The position numbers and the translations under genes were made by a program. The notes under the pieces are model-generated. The model saw only the letters and a program-made list of their open reading frames with translations, was not told the origin of the DNA and searched no databases. Below are positions 39,141 through 49,377 of a stretch of DNA of 64,000 nucleotides, in pieces. Where the stretch lies: assembly GCA_964354155.1 (NCBI GenBank), contig CAYGYG010000001.1, forward strand, positions 139,121 to 203,120. Direction: 5' to 3'. This DNA comes from an uncultured bacterium (GTDB lineage Bacteria; Hydrothermota; Tepidihabitantia; SM23-42; CAYGYG01). Within the stretch, counting starts at the first letter, position 1, and each line of letters begins with the position of its first letter.

Positions 39141-40841
39141 TTGAAGAGGGTCGTTTTCGTGTCGCTCATGTGGTCATACTTGCTATGTGCCGTGGATGCC
39201 AAGGTCCGGCCCCGGGACCTTATCTACGGGCCGACGGTTGACTGCCGCAGGACCAACCAGACAGCCGAGTCGCCAGGGGTCTACATCGATGACGTTCGGG
39301 ATGAACACAGCATTTTGGGCCCGAGCGGAAAGAACATTTGCGCCGACACGACGGGCCGAAACATTGCGGTCCAGTACGGCATGAACGCAGCCGGCCTGTT
39401 TACCTGAGCGCAGGGTACCCAGTGTAGAATAGGCTATTCTACCGATGGAGGGAATACCTGGCAGCGCCACGGGCCATTCGCCGTACGATATCCCAGCTAT
39501 CGAAGGCTATACGGCGGCATCGACGCGCGTGCGGGCGACTGGGTGGACAGCAACGAGTTGATCTACAGTTGCTGGCATGAGGCCTACGTTCGAAACAATG
39601 TCTATGTCGATTCCAGTCCGATCGGAGTTGCTTTTGACACAATGAGTTTTCCTGGCGGCGGCTTTCAAAGACGAACCATGCCCCACAGCGGCGATCCCGA
39701 ACATAATATGTGGCTCACCGGTATCGCGGTCAGTCCTGAAGACCCCGCACTGGCCTTGGTTTCCGGCGGCAACTATGTACTTCCCCACGGGCCCGGCGAT
39801 GTATATCTCTGGAAGACGACGGACCACGGACGCAACTGGTCGCACCCCCAACTTCTGATCAGCGGTTCGGCAGCCGTCAGGGACCATGATTGCCCGCATA
39901 TCCGGTTCGGCACCAGCGGATATGTTTTTGCGTACTTTCAGAGAGATACGGTGGTCGACTTCGATACGCTGAGCTGGCCTTACTATATCGAGTCTACCGA
40001 CAATGGCCGGACCTGGATACCCCATAATGGCCGGTGCATGCTTACGGCAGTACCCTACCCGCAATGGTCAAGCGGGTGGTACAACTATGACTGTGAGGTT
40101 GTGGACAATGTGCCCTATGTCGTTGTCTCGCCGGGTATTCCCGGCAATCACCGGGATCGCGTTGAATTCTGGAAAGCAAGCGGTCAAGTCGGCAACAGGA
40201 CCTGGACCATGTCGGTGCTGGCTGGTTTGACTCCGCCGGGGGCTGATTCTGCCAGGCTCGAAGTATCAATTGTTACCGGCAAGGACTTTGCACGATTCCA
40301 AGACGTTATTGCGGTTGTTGCCCAGACCATTACACCTGCCGAGGCTGATCCCCGAGGATGGGTGAGCAATGATGCCGGCGCAACATGGAGGTATCTTGGT
40401 TGTCTTCTGAACGAGCCGATGATCTACGAGGTCGCCTTAGAATGCGCCCATGTGCCCGGTCGGGGTTTTCAGCCCGAGACCGACATCCTGCTGCATATTG
40501 CCTACATCAGTCGTTCGAGACTCTACTATGCAGGATTCAATGTTGCCGGTGTCGGGGTTCCTGCGTCAAGCGGCGCGATTTGCCGCCGGCCCCATCTAGA
40601 GACAACGCCAAACCCATGCCGGGGCAGGCTGAGGATCCGCCTGGCCGGGGCAGAGAACAGCATGATGTTATGCGGTCGACTAAGACCACGTGTCTGCATC
40701 TATGACCCGTCAGGGCGGCTGGTTCGGGTTGCGACAATGTCCGGGCCGACATGCGTGATAGATATCGGACAGCCAGGGGTCTACTACATCGTAGTTGCAG
40801 TCGGCGAACGCGTGCTGACCAAGAAGGTTGTCATTCTTTAG
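39141..40841 (+). CDS. Array member 3, interrupted by one in-frame TGA at 39405-39407 (possible selenocysteine/readthrough, or nonsense pseudogene)
   Basis: ORFs 39141..39407 and 39543..40841 share a frame. Reading through gives IAVQYGMNAAGLFT*AQGTQCRIGYSTDGGNTW...RRLYGGIDAR, colinear with the paralogs. Confidence 0.8.
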
Positions 40842-40957
40842 ACCGCGGTCGGCCTTGACCGACAACCAAGAAAACCAGAATGAGAAAAAGACGTTTTTTC
40901 ACAGCTCTTTCCTTGATTTAGGTATTCTAATTTCTTGTATATATAAATGGAGGTTTA

Positions 40958-42637
40958 ATGAAGAAAGCGATTGTACTTGCCGCTATTCTGTATTCGCTTA
41001 TTTATAGCCTCGATTGTAAGGTTACACCGAGGGAATACTGCGGACCACCGAATTCTAATTATTACCGCAATTATACCCCAAGCCCGAATGCGGTAAGAAT
41101 TGATTGGGGATTTGACATAAGAAGTATTATGGGGACAGCGGGGAAGAATATCTGTGCAGATACGACTCAAAAGAATGTGGCAGTACAATACGGCGAAGGT
41201 GGTTTAGGGGAATCTCAGAATTATACTCGCTGCAAGATTGCGTATAGTACAAATGGTGGGAATGGTTGGCAGCTGTTTGGCCCTTTTCATATCCAGTATC
41301 CATCGTATCGGAGACTTTATGGCGGTATTGATGCCCGGGCGACAAATTGGTACAATAATGAAATCATCTATGCTTCATGGCACGAGGCCTATTACCGAAG
41401 TGTTTACGTCGATTCAAGCCCACTGGCCGTCGCTTTTGATGAAGGTAATTTCCCTAATGGTTCCTTTCGATTAGCAGCGATGCCCCATTCAGGTGATCCG
41501 GGGCATAATATCTGGTTGACTTGCATTGCGGTGCGGCCCGATGATGCAAATATTGTCATTGCCTCAGGCGGTGATTACGATTTTGGCGCGGGTGGACCAA
41601 AGGATATCTTTACCTGGAAATCCACTGATGGCGGCTATACCTGGTCGCCGCCTCAGCTTTTAATACCAGGATCAACCACAATTGGTCTACATGATGCCCC
41701 TCACATCCGGTTTGGAACTGGCGGTTACGTATTTGCCTATTTTCAACAGGAGACCATTTATGGTTTCGACACATTAATGTGGCCATACTGCATCGAATCC
41801 ACCGACAATGGCCAGACCTGGGTACCGCCAAACGGCAGGTGCATGTTCACGGCAATCCCCTGTCCGCAATGGTCAAGCGGGTGGTACAACTACGACTGTG
41901 AGGTTGTCAACAATGTCCCCTATGTGGTCATCTCGCCCGGGGTGCCGGGTCAACACCGGGACCGGACCGAATTCTGGAAAGCAAGCGGTCCGGTTGGTGA
42001 TCGGACCTGGACAATGACGCTGTTGGGCGGGTCTAGTCCACCGGGCCAGGATTCACTCGTGCGCGATGTTTCGATTGTGACCGGCAAGGACTATGCACGA
42101 TTTGCCGAGAACATTGCGATCATATCCAAGGTCACAAATCAGAGTGGCACAAGTCCACGCTGCTGGGTGTCGAACGACCTTGGGGCGAGCTGGCGCTACC
42201 TGGGCAACCTGAATATTCCGCTCGCGGCGGCTGACAATCCGCTCGAGTGTGCTCATGTGCCGGGCCGGGGCACTAATCCGGTTACCGATGTCTGGCTACA
42301 TTTTGTCTACTGGTCGACGGGCAGTGTCTACTACGAAGGTGTCAATCTGACCGGAGTTGCTATCGAGGAGGTGATCGGTCAGGGCACGGCCTTGCCCGAG
42401 ATACTGGTCATGCCGAATCCAGCAAGGGGACAAGTGCGGCTTGCGGTCGATAGTGATGGACTGCGGCCGGGATTGATAAGAATCTTTGACGTCACCGGCA
42501 AGCTCGTCAAACAGGCAGTGCTGAGACTTTCAGGTTTCGGCACGATCGACATCTCATCTCTTTCTCCTGGAATGTATTTCGTTGAAATCGGGAAGGGGCA
42601 AAAGAAGCAGACTAAAAAGCTGGTTGTCGTGCGGTAA
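40958..42637 (+). CDS. Secreted Asp-box propeller protein with sorting tail, array member 4
   Basis: Same conserved blocks as members 1-3; MPNPA...GMYFV...KKLVVVR. Confidence 0.85.
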   Translation: MKKAIVLAAILYSLIYSLDCKVTPREYCGPPNSNYYRNYTPSPNAVRIDWGFDIRSIMGTAGKNICADTTQKNVAVQYGEGGLGESQNYTRCKIAYSTNGGNGWQLFGPFHIQYPSYRRLYGGIDARATNWYNNEIIYASWHEAYYRSVYVDSSPLAVAFDEGNFPNGSFRLAAMPHSGDPGHNIWLTCIAVRPDDANIVIASGGDYDFGAGGPKDIFTWKSTDGGYTWSPPQLLIPGSTTIGLHDAPHIRFGTGGYVFAYFQQETIYGFDTLMWPYCIESTDNGQTWVPPNGRCMFTAIPCPQWSSGWYNYDCEVVNNVPYVVISPGVPGQHRDRTEFWKASGPVGDRTWTMTLLGGSSPPGQDSLVRDVSIVTGKDYARFAENIAIISKVTNQSGTSPRCWVSNDLGASWRYLGNLNIPLAAADNPLECAHVPGRGTNPVTDVWLHFVYWSTGSVYYEGVNLTGVAIEEVIGQGTALPEILVMPNPARGQVRLAVDSDGLRPGLIRIFDVTGKLVKQAVLRLSGFGTIDISSLSPGMYFVEIGKGQKKQTKKLVVVR

Positions 42638-42727
42638 CCGCCGGGCAAGCCGGAATCATCATGGTTCCGTTCTTCACTACCCAATCTCTTGACTTATTAC
42701 GGGTTTTGGTGTAAAATATTCGTCCGT

Positions 42728-44422
42728 ATGAAGGGCTATTTGATGTTTGTGCTCCATTCGCACCTACCCTACGTGTTGGGGCATGGCCGCTGGCCGCACG
42801 GTACCGACTGGCTGAACGAAGCGGCGGCCGAGACCTATATACCACTACTCAACAGCCTCTTTCAGCTGGTCAGCGAGGGGTACCATCCGCACTTAACCAT
42901 CGGCATCACGCCGATTCTGGCCGAACAATTGACCGCCGACTCCTTCAAGAAAGAGCTTTTGACTTACCTGCAGTTCAAGATCGAGGCCGCCAAGAACGAC
43001 CGTTTCGAGTTCGCCCGCTACGGCGAGGGTGAGTTCGCGGCCCTGGCTGAATACTGGGGTAGTTTCTATACCAAGGTGCGCGATGATTTTGTCAGCCGGT
43101 ACAAGGGAAACATCCTCAACGGTTTCAAGATCCTTCAACAGACCGGATTCATCGAGATAATAACCTGCGCCGCAACCCACGGCTACCTGCCGTTGCTTAG
43201 AGACGACCGGTCGGTAGAGCTTCAGATTGCCCAGGGCATTGAAACCTACAAGCGGCACTTCGACATCAAACCGGCCGGGATCTGGCTGCCGGAATGCGCC
43301 TACCGTCCGGCCTACAACTGGGCTGCGCCGGTCGGCAAATACCCTTCCGAGCCCAGGAAAGGCATCGATGAATTCCTGAGCGACCACGGCATTGACTATT
43401 TCATTACCGACAGTCACATGCTCAAGGGGGGTAAGGCGATCGGCATGTACCTTGCCCGTTTTGATGCGCTCAAGAAGCTCTGGGAGCAGTACGAGAAGGA
43501 ATTCATCGAGATCAAGGAGGGTTTTCGCAAGACTCCCTACGAAGCATACCTGGTTGCCTCCAATCCACAGAAAAAGCCGGTCTCGGTGTTCACCAGGGAT
43601 CCGAAGACCGGGCTCCAGGTCTGGAGCGGAGAATGGGGCTATCCGGGTGATGGCAGTTATCTCGATTTCCACAAGAAGCGTTTTCCCGGCGGGCTGCGCT
43701 ACTGGCGCGTGACCAATCCAAAGATCGACTTAGCGCTCAAGGAGATCTACCGTCCGGAGGTGATCGAGGATAAGGTGAAAGAACAAGCGCGCCACTTTGT
43801 TCAGCTGGCCTCGACCATTCTGGCGGACAATTTCAAGAAAAGGAAACGGCCCGGCATCCTGTGCGCGCCGTTTGACAGCGAGCTTTTTGGCCATTGGTGG
43901 TTTGAGGGCCCGCGCTGGTTATATCACGTCCTGAAGATCATTGATGACGAGAAGGTCATCGGTCTTGCTACGGGCAGCGAGTATCTGAAAAAAGAGCCGC
44001 CGACCAAAGTCATATCCTTGCCCGAGGGCTCGTGGGGCGAAGGCGGTTTCCACTACATCTGGCTCAACGAATGGACCAAGTGGACCTGGGCGCACATCTA
44101 CGAGGCGGAGGACGAGTTCTACTCAATACTCGCCCGCGCGCGGGGCAAGGGCAGTGAGGTTTTGGACAGCGTGCTCCGGCAGCTGGCCCGGGAACTGCTG
44201 CTCATGCAGAGCTCGGACTGGCAGTTCCTGATATCGACTTTCAGTGCCCGGGATTATGCAGAAATGCGCTTTGTGCGCCATCAGCGTAATTTCAAGCGCA
44301 TCGGGGGGATGGCCGACCGATTACTTGGAGGAAACCAGCCGGATACTGCGGATTGGGCATTTTTCAAGGATGTCGAAGCTCAGGACAACATCTTTCCCAA
44401 GCTGGTTCTACCGTCCGCCTAA
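42728..44422 (+). CDS. GH57 1,4-alpha-glucan branching enzyme (DUF1957)
   Basis: LHSHLPYV, ETYIPLL, ATHGYLP, GIWLPECAY, FDSELFGHWWFEG, QSSDWQF. Promoter TTGACT-N17-TAAAAT at 42689-42717. Confidence 0.93.
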   Translation: MKGYLMFVLHSHLPYVLGHGRWPHGTDWLNEAAAETYIPLLNSLFQLVSEGYHPHLTIGITPILAEQLTADSFKKELLTYLQFKIEAAKNDRFEFARYGEGEFAALAEYWGSFYTKVRDDFVSRYKGNILNGFKILQQTGFIEIITCAATHGYLPLLRDDRSVELQIAQGIETYKRHFDIKPAGIWLPECAYRPAYNWAAPVGKYPSEPRKGIDEFLSDHGIDYFITDSHMLKGGKAIGMYLARFDALKKLWEQYEKEFIEIKEGFRKTPYEAYLVASNPQKKPVSVFTRDPKTGLQVWSGEWGYPGDGSYLDFHKKRFPGGLRYWRVTNPKIDLALKEIYRPEVIEDKVKEQARHFVQLASTILADNFKKRKRPGILCAPFDSELFGHWWFEGPRWLYHVLKIIDDEKVIGLATGSEYLKKEPPTKVISLPEGSWGEGGFHYIWLNEWTKWTWAHIYEAEDEFYSILARARGKGSEVLDSVLRQLARELLLMQSSDWQFLISTFSARDYAEMRFVRHQRNFKRIGGMADRLLGGNQPDTADWAFFKDVEAQDNIFPKLVLPSA

Positions 44423-45220
44423 GCCCCGGCTGGCGCCCAGCAAAACAAGCATTCCCGCCAATAGACAGTAGATCGAGAAGAGATAGAACGACTTCCGGAT
44501 CAAGAGCTTCTTGAGGCCGAGCAGGGCGCCGACCCCGACTGCATAACTCACCGTGACTCCCACCACTATCGAAGCGAAATCGATCGAGGCCGTGATGTTC
44601 TTAAACTCCGTGAGGTTGGCGCCGAGCATCGCCGGAATGGCAAGCAGAAATGAGAACTCGAATACTTCAGCCGGGTCCATGCCCTGAAACAAGCCGGCGG
44701 AAATAGTCATCCCGGAGCGCGAGATACCCGGGAAGATGGCGAGGGCTTGAAAGACCCCTATGACCAGGGCGCGGCGCCAGCGGTTCGGCAGCTCCCGGTT
44801 GCGCGCAAACTTGGTTGCAAGAAGAACGATGCCGGTGATCAGAAGACCCGCGCCGATGACGGCCGGGCTGCCAAAGCTTTGCTCGACGGTGTTTTTGAGC
44901 AGGAAGCCGGCAAGGGCGGCAGGAATTGACCCCAGGATGAGAAGGAGGAACACCCTCAAATAACGGTCGGTGATTTTGACGCGGCGGTCGATGACGATCC
45001 GTCCTTTGAGAACCCCGCGGATCATTCGGCCGATCGGCCGGTAGAATACCGTTATGATCGATAGCAGTGTGCCCAAATGGAGATAGACGGCCAGGTCAAA
45101 GATTTCTTGAATGCCAAAGAACTGCCCCAAAAGGGCCAGATGGCCGGAACTCGAAATCGGCAGGAACTCGGTAATGCCCTGGACAACAGCGAGAATGATG
45201 ATGACAACTATACCAGGCAC
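44408..45220 (-). CDS. uppP: Undecaprenyl-diphosphate phosphatase
   Basis: QGITEFLPISSSGHL, HLGT, PGISRSG, FSFLLAIP. Confidence 0.95.
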   Translation of the reverse strand: MPGIVVIIILAVVQGITEFLPISSSGHLALLGQFFGIQEIFDLAVYLHLGTLLSIITVFYRPIGRMIRGVLKGRIVIDRRVKITDRYLRVFLLLILGSIPAALAGFLLKNTVEQSFGSPAVIGAGLLITGIVLLATKFARNRELPNRWRRALVIGVFQALAIFPGISRSGMTISAGLFQGMDPAEVFEFSFLLAIPAMLGANLTEFKNITASIDFASIVVGVTVSYAVGVGALLGLKKLLIRKSFYLFSIYCLLAGMLVLLGASRGLGGR

Positions 45221-46032
45221 AAAGCCCCCAATCCCGCCGCCATGCCGACCTTGAGCAACCAGCTTGCGCGGGTCAACGTTCTGGTATCAGGATGCGAAAG
45301 CATTTTTAGAAGGATGAAGACCACCACCGGCACGACCGTTACTCCGGCCGCAATCAAGTAGCGGGAGTGAAACCGGCCGAGCACGACCGGAACCGGCAGT
45401 AGCAGCAGGAGTATGACCAGCCCACCCGCTGCGCCGCGCAGCGCCCGATCTGGTCCGATCGTCAGCGCCAGCGAGCGCCGCTTCGAGGTCCGGTCGCCCG
45501 AGATGTCGAGGATATCTTTGACGATCTCCCGGGAATAGTGAAAGCAGAAGGCAAAGGCGGCGGGGAAAACGGCAAGACCGTTCCCGGTGATCAGACCTCC
45601 GGTCAAAAAGGCAAGGCTGCAGAGCAAGGCGACGACGGCATTGGAAAAGAAGGTATTCTTGATCTTATAAGGATAGAGGAAAAGCAGAGCAAGCGCCGAC
45701 GCGACTACGGCCCCCACGGTAAGGCTTACGCAGAACGCGATTATGAGCGAGCATATGCCAAGCAGGATTGCCCAGGTGAGCGCGAGCCTCCTGGTGACCC
45801 GGCCCGAGGGGAGGGGCCGGGATGGATGGCTGATCCGGTCGGCCTCGATGTCATAGCAGTCGTTGATCACATTGCCGAACGCAGCCGAGAACGCCGCGGC
45901 CAGCGCGGTCAAAACCAGGGACAAGGGAAAGACAACCGGGCGACCGACCCATCCCCCGACCAGCACTGAAACGAAGACGATGCCTACGTTGACGGGCCGG
46001 ATGATTTCGACCAAGGCCAAGCGCCGCCTCAA
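45208..46032 (-). CDS. UbiA-family prenyltransferase, DGGGP-synthase-like
   Basis: IIRPVN, INDCYDIEADRISHPSRPLPSG, REIVKDILDISGD. Confidence 0.85.
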   Translation of the reverse strand: MRRRLALVEIIRPVNVGIVFVSVLVGGWVGRPVVFPLSLVLTALAAAFSAAFGNVINDCYDIEADRISHPSRPLPSGRVTRRLALTWAILLGICSLIIAFCVSLTVGAVVASALALLFLYPYKIKNTFFSNAVVALLCSLAFLTGGLITGNGLAVFPAAFAFCFHYSREIVKDILDISGDRTSKRRSLALTIGPDRALRGAAGGLVILLLLLPVPVVLGRFHSRYLIAAGVTVVPVVVFILLKMLSHPDTRTLTRASWLLKVGMAAGLGALCLV

Positions 46033-47381
46033 ATGCCAATCTGGGTCGTGACCAAGATCACGTTCTTGGTTGCCCCGCGGCCCGGCACATTATCTTCGTT
46101 GTTGATCCAGCGGCGGTTGTATTCGACTTTGACTCGTGCCGAAAGAACCGGAAAATACTCGAGTGCGAAACCGAGTTCCTTGGTCGTCTCCACGACGCCC
46201 GAGGGGAAAACAGGATTGGGGTCGCCGCCTTCTTCTTCCCAGGACCGGTCAATGCGGCCCTCGCCTTTTCGTTTCAAGGACGGACTGAAGCCGGCATTCA
46301 GGCCGAGCCTGGTTCGGTAATCGATCATGATCTTGTACAGGTCCGCGTCCGGGCCGAGCCAGTGGCCGATGCACTTGCCGTCTTTGACGTATTCGTTTAT
46401 CGCCTTGCGCTGGGTGTAGACCCACTTATCAATGTGAACATATTCAGCACCGAGAAGCCAGCCTTCAGCCGGGAATGCCGTCAAGCCGGCCAGATATCCG
46501 AGCTTGTTAGGTGCCGGCGGTACGGTGTCGTAACGATAGTCGTCAATCAGGAGTTCGCCGTACACCTTGCAGGGACCCACGAAAAACTTGCCGTCCAGCG
46601 CCCACATGATGTTGTCGTCTCGGTTGACGATCCACTGGGAAACGTAGTAGGGCACGAGGGGGTTTATGTAGAATGGCTCGAGCGCGCCTCCGACAAGGAT
46701 AAGTTCCGAGAAGCTGACCGATGATCGACCCCGCCGCAACTCAATACGGTGCAGGGCCAGGTACCGTCTCGTTTCCGCCAGCGAAAAGGCCGCCGTGAAG
46801 CAGAACGAACCGCTCGTCGTCTTCATGAAGAAACCGTTGAAGGAGCCGGAGAAGTCGGAGAGAAGCAGTCCACCGGTCCGTCCCGGCCCCAGAAGCCATT
46901 CTTTGCGGCCGACTTCGAGTTTCGTGGTCCGGGCGGTGTAGATAAACTCAGCATCTTCGATATAAAACTGGAAATGATGCCAGGGGTAGGGGAAGGAGTC
47001 TTCGATGGTTTTCGCGTACTGGATGTTGTAGCGGGTTGAGTAATTGAGACGGTCGGCAATTCGGCCGGCAAAGAGCAGTCTCGTATTGACATAATGATTT
47101 TCCGGTTCGCTGCGGTACCGGGAATTGATGCCCAGCAGGTAGAACTTGCTGTAGTCTTCCCGCACGAAGGGACGCATCTTGCGGAGGATATGGTTTTCGT
47201 AGCACCTAAGCTCGAGCGCGGCAGCTTCCAGATTCGATAATTCCGTCGTCACGGCGGGAATTTCGTAGGGTCGGCTCTCGGCAAGATCGATCAGCCCACG
47301 ACCTTCAAGATATTCAAGGTCAAAATTGAGCGACGAGCCGATGGGCATCGTCTGCGCAACTACGAATAGAAATAAGAGCAT
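46029..47381 (-). CDS. Capsule assembly Wzi-family outer-membrane protein
   Basis: GR...GPG..GGLLLS, HRIE, YINPL, DNIM, YGELLIDD, IGHWLGPDAD. ATG overlaps the upstream TGA. Confidence 0.75.
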   Translation of the reverse strand: MLLFLFVVAQTMPIGSSLNFDLEYLEGRGLIDLAESRPYEIPAVTTELSNLEAAALELRCYENHILRKMRPFVREDYSKFYLLGINSRYRSEPENHYVNTRLLFAGRIADRLNYSTRYNIQYAKTIEDSFPYPWHHFQFYIEDAEFIYTARTTKLEVGRKEWLLGPGRTGGLLLSDFSGSFNGFFMKTTSGSFCFTAAFSLAETRRYLALHRIELRRGRSSVSFSELILVGGALEPFYINPLVPYYVSQWIVNRDDNIMWALDGKFFVGPCKVYGELLIDDYRYDTVPPAPNKLGYLAGLTAFPAEGWLLGAEYVHIDKWVYTQRKAINEYVKDGKCIGHWLGPDADLYKIMIDYRTRLGLNAGFSPSLKRKGEGRIDRSWEEEGGDPNPVFPSGVVETTKELGFALEYFPVLSARVKVEYNRRWINNEDNVPGRGATKNVILVTTQIGI

Positions 47382-48898
47382 CACAGCCTCCTTTCGATTC
47401 GGACGTGTACCTTTCCGTCCTGCCATGGTTGTCCGGCGGGGAAGGCGACGTCAAGCTGGCCACTGAGCACGCGGCTTCGGGCTTCGACGCCGATTCCATA
47501 GGCCAGATGGCGCTCCGTCGAAGCCACCCCGTCGTCCAGGATGGCAAGGCCGTCCAGGAACGGATAGAGGGGGAACTTCTTGTATTCGAGACTGAACCAG
47601 ATTGCTTTCTCGGCGAGAAATTCATCTTCCCAGTAACCCCTCAGGGTACGGGCGCCGCCGAGGCGGAAAAGGTTCTGTTCCTGAATAGGTTCTTCCCAGA
47701 GCCAGGCCAGATGGTTAGCCAGGACGAAATCGCCGAGCATGTGGCGGCCGTCGATCCGGGCCGTCACCCGACGATCGTTGCGGTCGTAGAAACCGACTTC
47801 CACCCGCAGCGTATCCCGGATGCGATCCTGATCGATGATGGTGCCCAGGCTCACGAGTTGAAGTCGCTCGCCGCGTGAGTCTTCGATGCCCCAGGCCGCG
47901 GCGAGATGGAAATCGGTGAATATCTCTCGCAGAACTTGGGCTAGCACACGAATCTTGCGGCGATCGTCATAAGTCTCCTGGTCAAGGGAAAGCCGGATCC
48001 GGGCCGGGAAGATCAACCAGGGCTCACCGTAGGCAATGCCGAAGTCACGACCTTGATGGTCGTAATTTAGGAAAAAAGTGCGGGCGGTGCCGAGCAGATT
48101 GAAGAAGTTTAGATTCAAATCGAAATTGAACTTGGCCGGTTCGGGGCGATAGTCGGCCCGACCCTCGATGTAGTCCTGCTTCTGTTCGTCGACAACCAGT
48201 CTTAGATAGTATTGGTTGTCCCGGGCCACGACCGATTCTTCGATGCGGCTGAAAAGCCCGGTCTTGAAAAGCCGGGCTTTCTGTCGTCGAATCTGCGAGG
48301 ACTTGAACAGAGAATCACCGCTGAGCGCGAACATCCGGCGGATCACAAAATCGCGCGTTGCCCGGTTGCCGGCAACGTCGATACCGCCAAGATGAACGAC
48401 CGGTCCTTCGTTGATGACAAACGCCATGATCAACGTGTCGGTGCCCGCCGACGAATCACGTACCGATATCCGGACCAGGGGCAGGCCGGCATCGCCGTAG
48501 ACATCGAACAGCCGCTCGATGTTGCTCTCCACCCGTCGGCGGTCAAAGAACAGGGGAGCCGCGAACGGCAGTTTCCTGAGCATCCATGAGGTGGCAAAGG
48601 TGCGGTTACCTTCAAGGATGAATTCCTTGATGACGTGGCGGGAGCCGGGCCGTACTTGGTAGAGGATATGTCCATTTTTGATTTCGTGCTCAACTGCTGC
48701 GTCCAGATACCCGGCCTCATGGTGACGGCGGACAATCGTCGAGATATCGGAGGCAACGTGGACGGCCGTGGTCGTTTTCTTGTCCAGGGGATGGATTACG
48801 GCGCTGTTCCTGATTTTGACGCGGTAGATACTGTCTCTTGCTTCCGACCCAGGATCGGCCGTGGAAAGCATCAATGCAAAAACAAGTAGGGACGCCAT
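47381..48898 (-). CDS. Omp85 (BamA/TamA-like) protein with POTRA domains
   Basis: INEGP...AGNRATRDFVIRR POTRA, NLLGTAR, FRLGGARTLRGY, YGIGV. Confidence 0.85.
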   Translation of the reverse strand: MASLLVFALMLSTADPGSEARDSIYRVKIRNSAVIHPLDKKTTTAVHVASDISTIVRRHHEAGYLDAAVEHEIKNGHILYQVRPGSRHVIKEFILEGNRTFATSWMLRKLPFAAPLFFDRRRVESNIERLFDVYGDAGLPLVRISVRDSSAGTDTLIMAFVINEGPVVHLGGIDVAGNRATRDFVIRRMFALSGDSLFKSSQIRRQKARLFKTGLFSRIEESVVARDNQYYLRLVVDEQKQDYIEGRADYRPEPAKFNFDLNLNFFNLLGTARTFFLNYDHQGRDFGIAYGEPWLIFPARIRLSLDQETYDDRRKIRVLAQVLREIFTDFHLAAAWGIEDSRGERLQLVSLGTIIDQDRIRDTLRVEVGFYDRNDRRVTARIDGRHMLGDFVLANHLAWLWEEPIQEQNLFRLGGARTLRGYWEDEFLAEKAIWFSLEYKKFPLYPFLDGLAILDDGVASTERHLAYGIGVEARSRVLSGQLDVAFPAGQPWQDGKVHVRIERRL

Positions 48899-49377
48899 CG
48901 CTCATCCGGCTTGCCCAGTGCGCTGACAATGAAGGCAAAAGCGTGGGGTTTCTTGGGCTTGCGCCGGAGCTGCATCGTGACCTCCTCGAGATTCCGGCCT
49001 CCCTTGTGGTTGTTACAGGCAACGCATGCGCAAACGAGGTTCTCCCACGACTCGTCGCCGCCCAGTGACTTGGGCCGGACATGGTCGGTGGTCATTACTC
49101 CGGTTATCGTACCGCAGTACTGACATTGGCTGTTGTCGCGCCGGATGATGTTCTTCTTAGTCAAGGCGATCTCTTTTCTTTTGATATTGATGTAGTATTT
49201 CAAGCGGAGTACCGAGGGGATCGGCAGGGAAATCGACACCGAGCGAATACGCTCGTGATCCCGGTTCTCGAGGAGCTCAGCCTTGTCAAGGATCAACAGG
49301 TTGAGAGCCCGCCTCACCTTGCAGACGGTCAGCGGTTCATAATTCTGGTTGAGAACCAGGACCCGCGCATTGAGCAT
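48871..49377 (-). CDS. HNH endonuclease family protein
   Basis: VLVLNQNYEPL, RRDNSQCQYCG, TDHVRPKSLGG..WENLVCAC..CNNHKG. Start set to ATG 49377. Confidence 0.9.
   Translation of the reverse strand: MLNARVLVLNQNYEPLTVCKVRRALNLLILDKAELLENRDHERIRSVSISLPIPSVLRLKYYINIKRKEIALTKKNIIRRDNSQCQYCGTITGVMTTDHVRPKSLGGDESWENLVCACVACNNHKGGRNLEEVTMQLRRKPKKPHAFAFIVSALGKPDERWRPYLFLH

Noticed and set aside
35235-42637. Diversity-generating retroelement
   Set aside because: No reverse transcriptase or non-coding template repeat is present, and mismatches between the near-identical tracts are not adenine-specific.
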